Shown here: piece after piece, positions 1 to 11,102 of the stretch
How positions within the stretch are numbered: the stretch's first letter is position 1
Layout: the number at the start of each line of letters is the position of its first letter
Assembly: GCA_002269645.1 (NCBI GenBank)
Contig: NIVC01000875.1
Span: 248,001 to 312,000, forward strand
Direction of reading: 5' to 3'
Origin: Macrostomum lignano
Lineage: Eukaryota
DNA length: 64,000 nucleotides
Notes under the pieces: model-generated
What the model saw: only the letters and a program-made list of their open reading frames with translations
Database searches by the model: none
Told to the model about the DNA's origin: nothing
Made by a program: the position numbers and the translations under genes

Positions 1-147
1 TTCTCTGCTCTCTCCTCAACCTCCTCGTACGTCTCTCCTGTTATCTTCTATCTTTTCTTTTATCCCCTCTCGCCCCTCCTCCCTTTCTAATAGTCTATTC
101 CTTTTCCTTTTCACTCTCATCTGCCCCGCAGCCATAAGCTTGATTCT

Positions 148-476
148 TTATCTGGCCTTTGAGATAAAAATCTGCCGATCCCTGCTTCGGAATCCAGTTT
201 GTGGGACGTAGTACTATCATGGTTGTTATAATTTCTCGTGCTCTTTCTGGCCAATTAGCAGTCCTGAGAGGAATTTGTGTATCTCCATTCTCTAGCTCCA
301 CCACCACAGTCTGCAGCAGTCTAACAACCAAGGAAATACGCATTTCTTAGGAGGTTATTTAAATTTTCAAGTACCTTATTCGTATCTTAATGTTAAAATT
401 TTCATGGTGTAAGCAATTTAGTAGGATTGCATTGTAATCAGTTCATTGTAATCATTAATTTTTCGCTATTTTTACT
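148..476 (-). repeat. Dispersed repeat 'A', inverted copy of 4849-5168
   Basis: Reverse complement aligns by eye with 4849-5168, e.g. aagaaatgcgtatttccttggttgtt and ctgcagactgtggtggtggagct. Both copies abut purine-rich filler. Confidence 0.8.
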
Positions 477-480
477 AGAT

Positions 481-947
481 AGAGATAAGAGAGGGGTGTA
501 AGAAGAGGGGAGAAAGGAGAGATGAGATTGTAGAGATGAGACCAATGAAAGGAGAGATGAGAGAGTAAGGATGAGAGATGAAAAAGGTGAGAGGAGAGTG
601 CAGAGAGACGAGAGAAGATAATAGAGGAGAGAGAGTATAGAAGAGGGAAGAGAAAAGAAGAGAGGAGAAAGGAAAGAGAGGAGTCAGAAGAGGTGAAAGA
701 GAAGAGTACAGAGGAGATAACTGAGAGAACGTATTAGAGAGTAAAGATGATAGATGAGAGAGCAGAGATGAGGGTGAACAGACGAGAGATGGGAGGGTAG
801 AGAGAACAGAGGAGAGATAAGAGAGAAGAGATTACAGAGACTAGAGGAGAGAGGAGAGACAGGGAGAGAGAAGAGGAAATAGGAGAATGAAGAGGGGAGA
901 GAGTAGAGAGGAGAAGAGAGATGGGAGAGGAGAGATGAGAGAGAGAG

Positions 948-1026
<79 letters not shown>

Positions 1027-1782
1027 AGAGAGAAGGAGAGACAGTGAGAGAAAAGATAAAAGAAGAGAAAGGAGAGATAAAAACGCAGACAAGAGAGAAG
1101 AGAGGTGAGGGAGAGACGAGCGACGAGGGGAGAGAGAAGAGATAAAACAAGAAAATAAATGAGAGGAAAGAGAGAGAGGAAAGAGGTGATAGAAGAGACG
1201 AGAGAAGAGGGGAGAGAGGAGAGAGAGAGAGGAAAGAGTAGAGAGGAGAGAGGAGAAAGAGAGGAAAGAGTAGAGAGGAGAGAGGAGAGAGTTAAGAGAA
1301 GAGAGAAAAGAATAGAGAGGAGAAGGAAGAGACGAGAGAAAAGGGGGAGAGAGGAGAGAGAGAAAACGAAAAAGTAGAGAGGAGAGAGGAGAGGAGAGAG
1401 AAATGAAAAGGGAAGAGATGAGATAAGAGATATGAAAGAGAAGAGAGATGAGGGAAGATACGAAAGAAGATAGGAGAGAGGAGAGGAGAGAGAAAACGAA
1501 AGAGTAGAGAGGAGAGAGGAGAGGAGAGAGAAAACGAAAAGTAGAGACGAGACAGGAGAGAGGAGAGGAGAGAGAAAACGAAAAGTAGAGAGGAGACAGG
1601 AGAGAGGAGAGAGGAGAGAAAACGAAAAGTAGAGAGGAGAGAGAGAGGAAAGAGTAGAGAGAAGAGACAAGAGATAAGAGAGATGAAAGAGAAGAGAGAT
1701 GAGGGAAGATATGAGAGAAGAGAGGAGAGAGGAGAGAAGAGAGACGAGGGACGAGAGATAAGAAAGGAAACAAAAAAGACGA
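481..1782. repeat. Purine-rich (AG) low-complexity tract with a perfect (GA)n core at about 950-1022
   Basis: Plus strand is almost all A/G. The Leu/Ser/Pro and Arg/Glu ORFs here are translation artefacts. Confidence 0.9.
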
Positions 1783-2084
1783 TAGAAATTTTAAAGGATC
1801 CAAGGGACATAGGGAGAGTCAGGGAGAGGCCAGAGTTTGCCAATACATGTTTTAGAGTCAGACAGACATTGCCTGACATTCTGTGCAGTACCCCAGCCAA
1901 CAATATCAATGTTTGCCTCAAATCCTAATTTTACACGAATGTGCTCCATTTTATGACTACCTCTATCCTACTAACTATTAACAAGTTTTTGTTTGTGTAT
2001 GACCTTAGATTTCAGAATACATGCAAAAGTAGTTCCAGGGATTAGAATTCCCCGGGTTCAAAATCCGCGGGTTTCAACAGCTTG
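1783..2084 (+). mobile_element. Dispersed repeat 'B': putative DNA-transposon end (hAT-like), copy 1
   Basis: Direct repeat of 6821-7092. Both copies end sharply in gggttcaaaatccgcgggtttcaacagcttg followed by tca. Superfamily is an inference. Confidence 0.5.
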
Positions 2085-2555
2085 TCATTTCCTAAAAAAA
2101 CAAAAAATAGAGCAAATATGCGCTTATGCCACTGGACAGAGAGTAGCAAGTCAAACTAACACATAAAGATAGTGCTGAGTGAACCATCTAGGGTATTTAG
2201 TATCTGTGACTTATACTGCTGAAAAGATCTTGCAACGCTGAGTTCGAGGATATAAATTGTTTGCTTTAAATATAAAGACTAAAAGCACAGCATACAAAAA
2301 ATATTTCCATACTTTTAGCTTTCTGCAAAGATTGTACTCATTTTTACTTCAATGCCCCCAACACCCGGGTTCAATTTCTAACTGCCACTGCGTATTGAAA
2401 AGGGGTCGGTCTCTGTGTACTGGAGGGTTGATTTAAATTGCGCAATCTTTTTTTAACTTTAACTGAGACTGATACTGACTGACTGAGAAATCGGTTGCGC
2501 AATCAATTGATTCAATTGGTTCAATTTTTTATTTGGACACGCAGCTGTGTGTAGC

Positions 2556-2875
2556 TCTAACCCTAACCCTAACCCTAACAATAACCCTAACCAATGAATC
2601 CTGATATTTTATTCTTTTTGACTGAGAAAATTTCGATTGAGTCCAGTTTTAAAGAGAGAATTTCGATGGTTTTCAGTTTCACGGAGAGGATTTCTGCTTC
2701 GCGGAGAGGATTTGTGTTTCGCGGAGTTAAATTTATGATTGATTTCTGTTTTATGGAGACGATTTTGATGGATTTAAGTTTCAAGGAGAGGATTTCGAAG
2801 GAGTCCAGTTTCACGGAGAGGATTTCGGTGGTTTTCAGTTGCACGGACAGGATTTTTCTGCTTCGCGGAGAGGAT
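2556..2875. repeat. Interstitial (CCCTAA)n-like repeats followed by a degenerate tandem array (gagaggatttcg...gtttcacg)
   Basis: ctctaaccctaaccctaaccctaacaataaccctaacc at 2556-2592, then repeated ggagaggattt motifs to about 2875. Confidence 0.7.
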
Positions 2876-2885
2876 CTTTATGGAT

Positions 2886-3960
2886 TTGGCATCTTCAATC
2901 AGTCAGAGAAGAGAGTAAAGAGAAGAATGAAAAGAGAAGAAAGATGAGATGAGATGATAGAAAACAGAGTAGAAATGAGACGAGAGATTAGACATGACAG
3001 ATGGGAGAGAAGAGGGGAGTAAGGCGGGAACGAAGGAGAGAGAAGAGAAGAGGAGAGAGGAGACGAGAGGGGAGATATGAGATAGCAGAGGGAGACAAGA
3101 GAGATGATAGGAGAGAGAATAGAGATGAGGGATAAAAGCGTACAGAGGTAATAGAAAAGAGGGGAGAGTAGAGGAGAAAGAAGGAGTGAGATCAGGGATG
3201 AGAGATGAGAGAGGAGGGGAGAGAGAAAAGAGGAGAAAAGAGGGGAGAAATGAGACAGGAGAGAGTAGAGACGAAAGACCAGGGAGAAGATATAAATAAG
3301 GTAGTATAGATGAGAGGAGAGAGAGAGGAGAGAGAGAAGCGAGAGGAGAAGAGAGAGAGGAGAGAGGAAAGAGATGAAAGATCAGAGATAAGAGAGTTAA
3401 GAGAAGGAAAGTAGTGAGGAGAGGAGAGATGAGAGATGCGATGAGAAAAGAGATGAGTGAGAACATAAGAGAGAAGAGATTAGAGATTAGAGAAGAGAGG
3501 GGAGAAGATGAAAAGAGAAAGGAGAGGAGAGAAGAGAGAATGGAGAGGATAGAAAAGAGAGAAGAGAAGAGACAGGGGATAGTGGTAAGGAGGAAAGAAA
3601 GATGGGAGACAAGAAAGTAGAGTGTGAGAGCGTATATGAGATATGAGAAATGAGAAGCAGATAGGAGAGAAAAGAGAAGAGAGAGAGGGTTAAGAGAGAC
3701 GATAGATAAGTAAGGAGAGATGACATATGAGAGAGGAGAGAAGAGGGAGAGATAAGAGAAAAGAGAGGAGACAGGAGACAGAAGTGAAGAGGAGAGATAT
3801 GAGAGAAGAGAGGAGACAAGAGACAGGAGAGGGTACAAACGAAAGACGAGGGAGAAGAGATAAATAAGGGAGTAGGGGTAGAGATGAGATGAGAGAGAGG
3901 AGAGAGAAGAGAGTCACGATAATAGCGAATAGAAGAGAGAGGAGATATGAGAGACGTGAG
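2886..3960. repeat. Purine-rich low-complexity tract
   Basis: A/G-dominated plus strand. Confidence 0.9.
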
Positions 3961-4848
3961 AGTCTTTGAGCTATGGTCTTTCAAAGATTTTGTAAAGAAT
4001 TTGGAGACGATTTGGAAGATGGGATTCAAGACATGGAATTTCAGTTGATGGATATTTCAAGGAATGGAATTCCGGTGATGGGAGTTCTTCCCCTTTCTCC
4101 TCCGAAGGAGGAGTTCCACTCGTTAAATTTCCTAAATTTGAGTCTTCCCACCTAAAAGTACAAAAAACTGCTCAAAATGCGCGATTTTTTCACTAAATCC
4201 TCCATAGCGCCGCTCCACTTTTACCGATCCTCTTCAAATTTAACACAGATAATCTTAAACTATTTTGGCACAATCATGTAAAATTTCGAGTCTCAAAGTT
4301 AATCCTGAGCGGTGCTGTGCACTTTTAAAGTTAGGCTGTTTTTTTCAGCGTAGCAACCACCCCAACCTCCGCCCGCCTGCCTCTCTTTCCCGATACCGAT
4401 CTGGGCCCAGATGTGTAAAAGGGTTTCAAAATTGACTAACTTTCAGCTGCCATAAGTTTGCTCCACGTGAAGCGATTGACTTTAAACTTGACACAATTCT
4501 TCATTGACTCATTCTCTATCTAAATGTAAAGTTTCAACTCTGTAACTCAACCGAAAAAGAAACTGTAAGCATGTGAAGTTTGTCTGCTTTTTCTGTTGTT
4601 TGTGCCACTCACTCATTTCCCCAGAGCCAGACGAAGGGTCAGGCGATAGGGCTCAATGTACATAGCGAATGTACAGTGTTTTGGAATAACTTTTTAATAG
4701 CCTTCTCTGCACCCCCGCGAGTGGAGAGGCGTAGAGAGGAGAGACAGTTTAGCGAGAGATTCAAACCACTGTCCTCTGTATAGACAAGTCTGCAGCAGTT
4801 TAACAGTGGATGGCAAATCAAAAGTCAAGACAAAGTGGGATGGTTTGT

Positions 4849-5168
4849 AAAAATAGCGAAAAATTAATGAATAACTGATTACAATGCAATCCTACTAAAT
4901 TAGTTAGTTACAGTATGAAGCTTTTAACATTAAGATTCGCATAAGGTAACTTTAACATTTAAATGGCTCCTAAGAAATGCGTATTTCCTTGGTTGTTAAA
5001 CTGCTGCAGACTGTGGTGGTGGAGCTGGAGATATACAAATTCCTCTCAGGGCTGCTAATTGGCCAGAAAGATGACGTGATTAAAGCATGAGAAATATAAC
5101 AACAATGATAGTACTACATCCCACAAACTGGCTTTTGAAGACAGATTTTAATCTCTAAGGCCAGATAA
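4849..5168 (+). repeat. Dispersed repeat 'A', forward copy, with exon-like segments
   Basis: Homologous to the reverse complement of 148-476. Reads EMRISLVVKLLQTVVVELE, but the product is unidentified. Confidence 0.7.
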
Positions 5169-5169
5169 A

Positions 5170-5552
5170 TAATCCAGCTCATGGCTGCGGGTTAGATGAG
5201 AGTGAAAAGGAAAAGGAAGACTATTAGAAAGGGAGGAGGGGCGAGAGGGGGGTAAGAGAAAAGATGGAAGATAACAGGAGAGACGAGGGGGTTGAGGAGA
5301 GAACAGAATATGGGACGAAGAAGCGAGAGGAGGGGAGAGAGAAGGGAGAGGAAATAGTAGAGGTGAGAAGATGGAGAGAGAAGAGGGGAGAGATGAGACA
5401 GAAGATCGATTAGAGAGGAGAGTAGAGAAGAGTGAGAAGGGATGAGAGAACAGAGAGGTAGATGAGAGAGGATCGAGAGGAGAGATTAGAAAGGATAGAG
5501 AAGAGAGGAGATAAGAAGGGGGAGAGAGGAGTGAGAAGAGGAGATAAGAGAT

Positions 5553-5632
<80 letters not shown>

Positions 5633-6820
5633 GGGGAGTGGGAAGATGAGATAAGAGAGAGAGTTGAGAGGAGAAAGGAGAGATGATAGAGTTAAGGGAA
5701 AAGGAGGAGAGAGGAAAGAGATGAGAGAGATGAAAGAAAAGATGATCAAGAGAATAGAGATGAGAGATGAAGGAAGAGAAAGCAGAGTGCAGAGAGACGA
5801 GAGAATAGAATAGAGGGGAGAGAGTATAGAAGAGGGAAGAGAAGAGAGGAGTAAGGAAAGAGAAGAGTACACAGTAAAGAGGAGAGTAGAGTTGACAGAA
5901 GAGAGACCGGAATGAGAGATCGAAGATGAGAGTGAGAGAGAAGAGAGAAGACAAGAGAGGGAGAGAGTATAGAAGAGAAGAGACGAGAAGAAAGAAGAAA
6001 GGATCGAGTCCTCCTGAGTCAAAAAGGGGAAAGAGAGGAGTACAAGGGGAGAGAGGTGAGAGAACATATGAGAGTAAAGATGACAAATGAGAGAGGGGAG
6101 ATGAGAGAGCAGAAACGAGAGTGAACAGACGAGAGATGGGAGAGTAGAGGGAAAAGAGGAGAGATAAGAAATAAGAGATGAAAGGTGGAGACAAAGGAGA
6201 GATGAGAAGGGAGTGAGGAGAGAGGAGGGGAAGGGGAGAGAATCGAGAGGACAGGGGAAATTGGTGAAAAGGACGAGAGAGGAGAGGAAAGAGGGGAGAG
6301 ATTAGAGAGAAGAGAGATAGGACAGGAGAGAGCAGAGAGATGAGAGGAGAGAGAGGGGGGAAGAGGAGAGAGAGCATGAGAGAGAAATGAGAAAAGATAA
6401 GAGAAGATAAAAGAAGAGAAATGCAAGATAAAAGAGCAAAGACGAGAGAGAAGGGAGGTGAGGGAAGAGACGATAGAAGACATGAGAGGAGAGAGTGGAC
6501 AGAGGAGAGGAGAGAGTTAAGAGAAGAGAGGAAAAAGGAGAGAGTAGAGATAAGGAAAGTGTTGAGAGAGGGTAGAGTAAGGAGTGAGAAAAGAGGTGAG
6601 GGAAGAGAGAGCAGAGAGCAGAGGGAAGAGAGAGTAGAGAGCAGAGAGAAATGAGAAGAGGAAAAGAGGAGAAAGGAGATATGAGAGACCAGAGACCAGA
6701 GAGAAGAGAGGAGAGAAGAGAGAAAAGAATAGAGGGGAGAGGGAAGAGACGAGAGAGGAGACGAGAGAGGAGAGGGAAGAGACGAGAGAAGAGACGAGAG
6801 AAGATAGGAAACAGAAAAGA
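5170..6820. repeat. Purine-rich low-complexity tract with (GA)n at about 5553-5628
   Basis: A/G-dominated plus strand. Confidence 0.9.
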
Positions 6821-7092
6821 AGATGGAAATTTCAAAGGATGCAAAGGACATAGGGAGAAGCAGAGGTAGAGGCCAGAGTTTGCCTGACATTCTGCGCAGC
6901 ACTCTAGCCAACAATATCAATGCTTGCTTCAAATCCTAATTTTACATGAATGTACACTATTTTATGTTTAACTCTATCCTAACTATTAACAAGTTATTGT
7001 TTGAGTTTGACCTCAGATTTTAGAATACATGCAAAAATAGTTGCAGGGAATGGAGTTCCCCGGGTTCAAAATCCGCGGGTTTCAACAGCTTG
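6821..7092 (+). mobile_element. Repeat 'B' copy 2; its end interrupts intron 4 of ankyrin gene 1
   Basis: Homology with the paralogous intron (37149 onward) starts exactly at tcaatgataaatc (7093), right after cagcttg. Confidence 0.6.
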
Positions 7093-7144
7093 TCAATGAT
7101 AAATCAAAATCAGAGAGACATTCTCAGTCGCCATGGAAACTCAC

Positions 7145-8999
7145 CCACGCAGCAGCTCAGCCAGTTCGCTCTTTCCATTCTGTGTGGCGAAATCCAGCGC
7201 AGTCCTGCCGTCTCTGTCCTTCAGGCTCCAATCCGCCCCTGAGTCCAGCAGAACCCGACCGACTGCGGCGGCGGTGGCGAGGGGCGCAGTGAAGACTGCC
7301 TCCATGAGGGGCGTGAATTCAGCCGGACCTCTGGCATTCGAGGAGGCTCCGGCAGCCAGCAGAGCGGAGGCTATTGCAGAATTGCCAGCCTCGGCTGCAA
7401 GGTACAGGCAACTGACAGTCCATGTATTTGCACAGGTGGGGTCACCCAGCTGCACCAGCTGCTCCCACAGAGCCTCATCACCGCACGAGCTGTTCTGAGC
7501 TGCCCACATCAACGCGGTGCGACCGAATTCGTCAGGCAGGTCGCAGATGCCGCGGGTCGCCGCTCGCCGCAGCCCCGCCGAGTCGCCCGCCTCGGCCAGC
7601 CGCTGCAGCTCCTGTCGATCCGCCTCCTCCTGCAAAGACGAGCGGAAAATTTGAGCACAGCTGCTCAGCTGCAGCCGCATCGGCACCGCAGATGCCGCTC
7701 ACCTGGGCTGTCAGGCCGGAAATCTCGCCGAGTGCATCTACGACCAGCCGCATCTCCCTGCAACAGCAAAAATGAGCAGCCAATTTGCAGTTTTCTCAAA
7801 TCAGACAATTACCATGGCCAAAATAAAATTATCTTGTACAATTAAATCTCTTTGATCTGCTTCAATTTTTGTACTAAATTCAGTAGACAGAAATTCCTAG
7901 TTATCTGAGCTGCTCGCAGATGGAGTTTCCAAGAGGACTGCAGCAGCTCTGCAACAATCAGCATTAGCGAGAGCGCATCCGACTTCTTACACGCAGCTCA
8001 TTTTCCATTGCTGCAGCATGAGTTTCCTTCCATCTCACAATGTCTCACAAAGCACTCACACACAGCTTCCCAGTTCTCCATCTGCAGCTCAACCCACACA
8101 CTCACTGCCTCCGAGGCCCTACAGCTTCCATTCTCAACTGAGATCAAGCGTGCACCCCATTGGCTGGGAGGCAGTCAGCCAATCACAGCTGTCGCCCATC
8201 AAGCAGTCAGACAGAGACAAGCTCAGCTGACTGGCTCTGATTGGCTGGCCTGAGACTGCAGCTCTGGCCACCCTAGCCGAATGCTGCAAAACTTGATGGA
8301 CACAGCAGCGAACTGCTCACTCACCGCTCGATGTAGCTGGCCAGCTCTGAGTGGCCGCTGAGCCTCGCCAGGTCCGACGCCGTCCGACCCCCGAGATCCT
8401 TCAGTCCGAACAGCCGAGTCCTCTTCGAGTTTCCGTGCCTTCTGCACTCATTGAACCTGAACTGCCTGAGCAGGTGCAGCAGGTGCTTGGCGCATTTCCA
8501 GCTTCCAGTCCGCGCCGCCTCCATCAGCGGAGTGGCGCCGTTGTCGTTCCGCAGCCACTTCGCATCGAACGACAGCAGCGTCAGCAGCCGCAGGTGGTCC
8601 CGCCGGGCTGCCAGGTGCGCAGCCGTGTCGCCGTTCGCGTCAGCCGCCTTGGGGTTCGCGCCCAGCTCTAATAAGTACAAGATGCACTTTTCAGTCTGCA
8701 CGGGAGTCTCAGGAGCGTCGGCCGCCAGCATGAGGACGGTCCGACGAGCTGTATCAGCGCTGGTGACCAGCTGGCGCGTTGCCAGCCGCCGCACCTGGCT
8801 GAAGTCGCTTGCGATAACGTGATGTGCGAGAGACTGGAGATCGGCTGGTGATTCTCCGATGCTTGCCCGGTCATTGGGGTCCGGCTGAGTGACTTCCTGC
8901 AACTGCAATTGAGCCTACAAATATTCTGTGTCTCAGTTTTCTAACTTCAACTTTTCTTACTATTTCGTCAATTGATGGTGGTCTTTGTCGCTCTGCCAT
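7145..8999 (-). CDS. Ankyrin-repeat gene copy 1 (two ANK blocks); effector exons absent from window
   Basis: Exons 8999-8961 (MAERQRPPSIDEI), 8914-8325, 7757-7703 and 7629-7145. All GT-AG and in frame. ANK motifs include GDTAAHLAA, GATPLMEAA, GRTALMWAA and GRTALDFA. Ends at a phase-2 donor (CGT GG|gtgagt). Confidence 0.8.
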
Positions 9000-10339
9000 G
9001 GCTGCAAGCTCAGTCCGTCAGTCGCAGGTGTCTCAGCTCAGCCCGAGAGTCCGGCAGGGCAGCGGCCGCCTCTGCAGATTTTATTGGCCCTGGAGCAGCT
9101 GCAGCGAATTCCTTCTCACCCTGCCTGCTCAGATTGCGGCTGCTTTTGCTGGCTTGTGCGGCCGCCTCTGCCCAGCTTTCTGCCTCTCCCATTGGCTCTG
9201 AGGGAACAGCAGTACTGCTGCAATGTCAGTGCGTGCCTACTTGAAGCAGTCAGTGTGCGACTGCGGATTTTCTTGCAGAATTGGTGCAATTAAAATGCCA
9301 TACTTGAGTAATGATTAAATTGTTGGCAAACCCCATTTATCCATCGGGAATTTTGAACTAGAAAATACTTTGTTGCGCTGAAGCAGATCAGTGCAAACAC
9401 AAACAGCTTGAGCACTCTATTATTCATAAAGTGTTTTGCTCAGACTCAACTACAAGACTCGGAGTGCTACTCAACAGGAGTCAGTACGTGCTTTCGCAAG
9501 CTCACAGCTGTTACTCAAGCTCAAATTTTCTCACTTACAAAAAGTGCTGCAAGTCGCAACTGCACTGGCTGGAAACTTCACGAGTTCCAAAATCTGATAT
9601 CTCAGGGCTGTTGCTTGGTGAGGGTGTGAAAGCTGCTGTGGGGCAGATTTGCTGACATAAAGATTGTCAGGGCTGCTCTGGAAAGATGTCTGGGAAGAGT
9701 GGAAACTGAAAAGCTCAGAGAAGGAAGGCTGAAAATAGTCTTTGAAGAGGCATTGACATAAACATAAACATGCATGCACACAAAGAACTATAAACGTAAT
9801 AAGCATAAATATAAAGATGCATATACCAGAATAAAGGTCCTCGAAATTATTTAGAATATCCGATCGCAACTTAAATAGAATTTCAATTTATTTTTCTGTA
9901 AAAGCGAGGGAAAATCAACAATGTACTTTTATGAAATATCTGGAACCGCTAAGTTTTTGGGTTCCTCAGTTTCTGGGGGAGAGCAGCTGAGGCTGCGACT
10001 GCGCGACTCGACTTGCTGCCGAAAATCTCGAAAGCTGGCCGAATTGCAGACGGATCTACTTTGCCAAATGAAGTTGGTATTCTTGCACTGAATTAGCCGA
10101 ATTGAGGGATTTCGAGCGGAAATTCCATATATATTGCTTCAAGCAGCCACTGTTACCACAACAACCAATTCGCAGATAAGAAAGCGAACAATTTCTGGCT
10201 CTGAGCAGTCGACCTGTTAAGTTCAGTAAATTCACAACTGAGAAGCTTGTTTTGCTTCTCCTGGATAGAAATTTCAGCGACATTCCTGTAAAGCAACTTT
10301 TTGATAGGTTGGAACATCACCATGACCCCCTGCTGTTCG

Positions 10340-10880
10340 CATTTCCTATGCTGACTGCACTCAGATCAACAATAGGGAAGGCAATTCAGTAGGGAATGTC
10401 CTGGACATAGGCATGTGCTCTCCCAATCTAGTACATTTCGTTAGTGAGATGCTGGTCGGTAAAGACAGTGAGCACCACCTTCGGATAATCAATAAGGTAT
10501 TTTAGACTCCAACTCCAAGTTGGCTCCCGAATAAACCTCCTAAGAGTTTCTGGAACACCTAGCTACTGGGAAGCCTTTTGGTTTGTCCTCAAGGATAATC
10601 TAGAAAATGGCAGCATTATACGCTCCCGTATTTTCCCCTGATGGCCATTGATAAAGCCATTGATAAACTTACTGAGAAAATGCAGGGAACAATTACCGAA
10701 GTTGTCCCAGATCGTGAAACCACGGAGCCACTGCCTTCGGATATTATCTGTAAAATCAAAAATAGAAGAAAACTCAGCAAAGTTTATAAAAAAATCAGGA
10801 TTGATGATTTTAGAGTTCTGACTAAACAACTCAGGTGCTTCATTCAGGATGCAGGGTTGTGAAAAATTGAAGAATTATGT
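10340..10880 (+). pseudogene. Degraded retroelement fragments: LTR-type RT-like piece and non-LTR ORF2-like piece
   Basis: MLVGKDSEHHLRIINKVF resembles the post-YxDD helix of Gypsy RT. AIDKAIDKLTEKM...LPSDIICKIKNRRKL resembles the EN-RT linker of LINE ORF2. Stops are present. Confidence 0.35.
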
Positions 10881-10890
10881 AAAAAGTCAC

Positions 10891-11082
10891 TGTTGTACTC
10901 TGCCCCCCTTTCTCGGCACGTTGATTTTAACTCCTGTGTACATTGCATCATAGATGTACACTTACTCTAGAGCAATCGATTACAGAGCTTTGAGCTCAAA
11001 TATATAATAGCACCCCACGCCCAAGTCGGGGCCGTAAGCTTTTGGTTCATCTAAACTTCTGTCTCTCGCGTCAGTCACTACA
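10891..11082 (+). repeat. 5' LTR (192 bp)
   Basis: Matches 30498-30689 with no difference seen by eye. TG...CA ends. Confidence 0.95.
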
Positions 11083-11083
11083 C

Positions 11084-11095
11084 TGGCGTCGCAAG
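11084..11095 (+). promoter_or_regulatory. Primer-binding site
   Basis: TGGCGTCGCAAG, 1 nt after the LTR, complementary to a tRNA 3'-CCA end. The tRNA species was not identified. Confidence 0.75.
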
Positions 11096-11102
11096 CTAAG
11101 CT

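Noticed and set aside
2556-2592. Chromosome end or fusion scar
   Set aside because: Only a few degenerate CCCTAA units, also present at 60473; more likely part of a dispersed repeat.
481-6932. Long Leu/Ser/Pro and Arg/Glu ORFs
   Set aside because: Artefacts of AG/CT low-complexity DNA, open in several frames.
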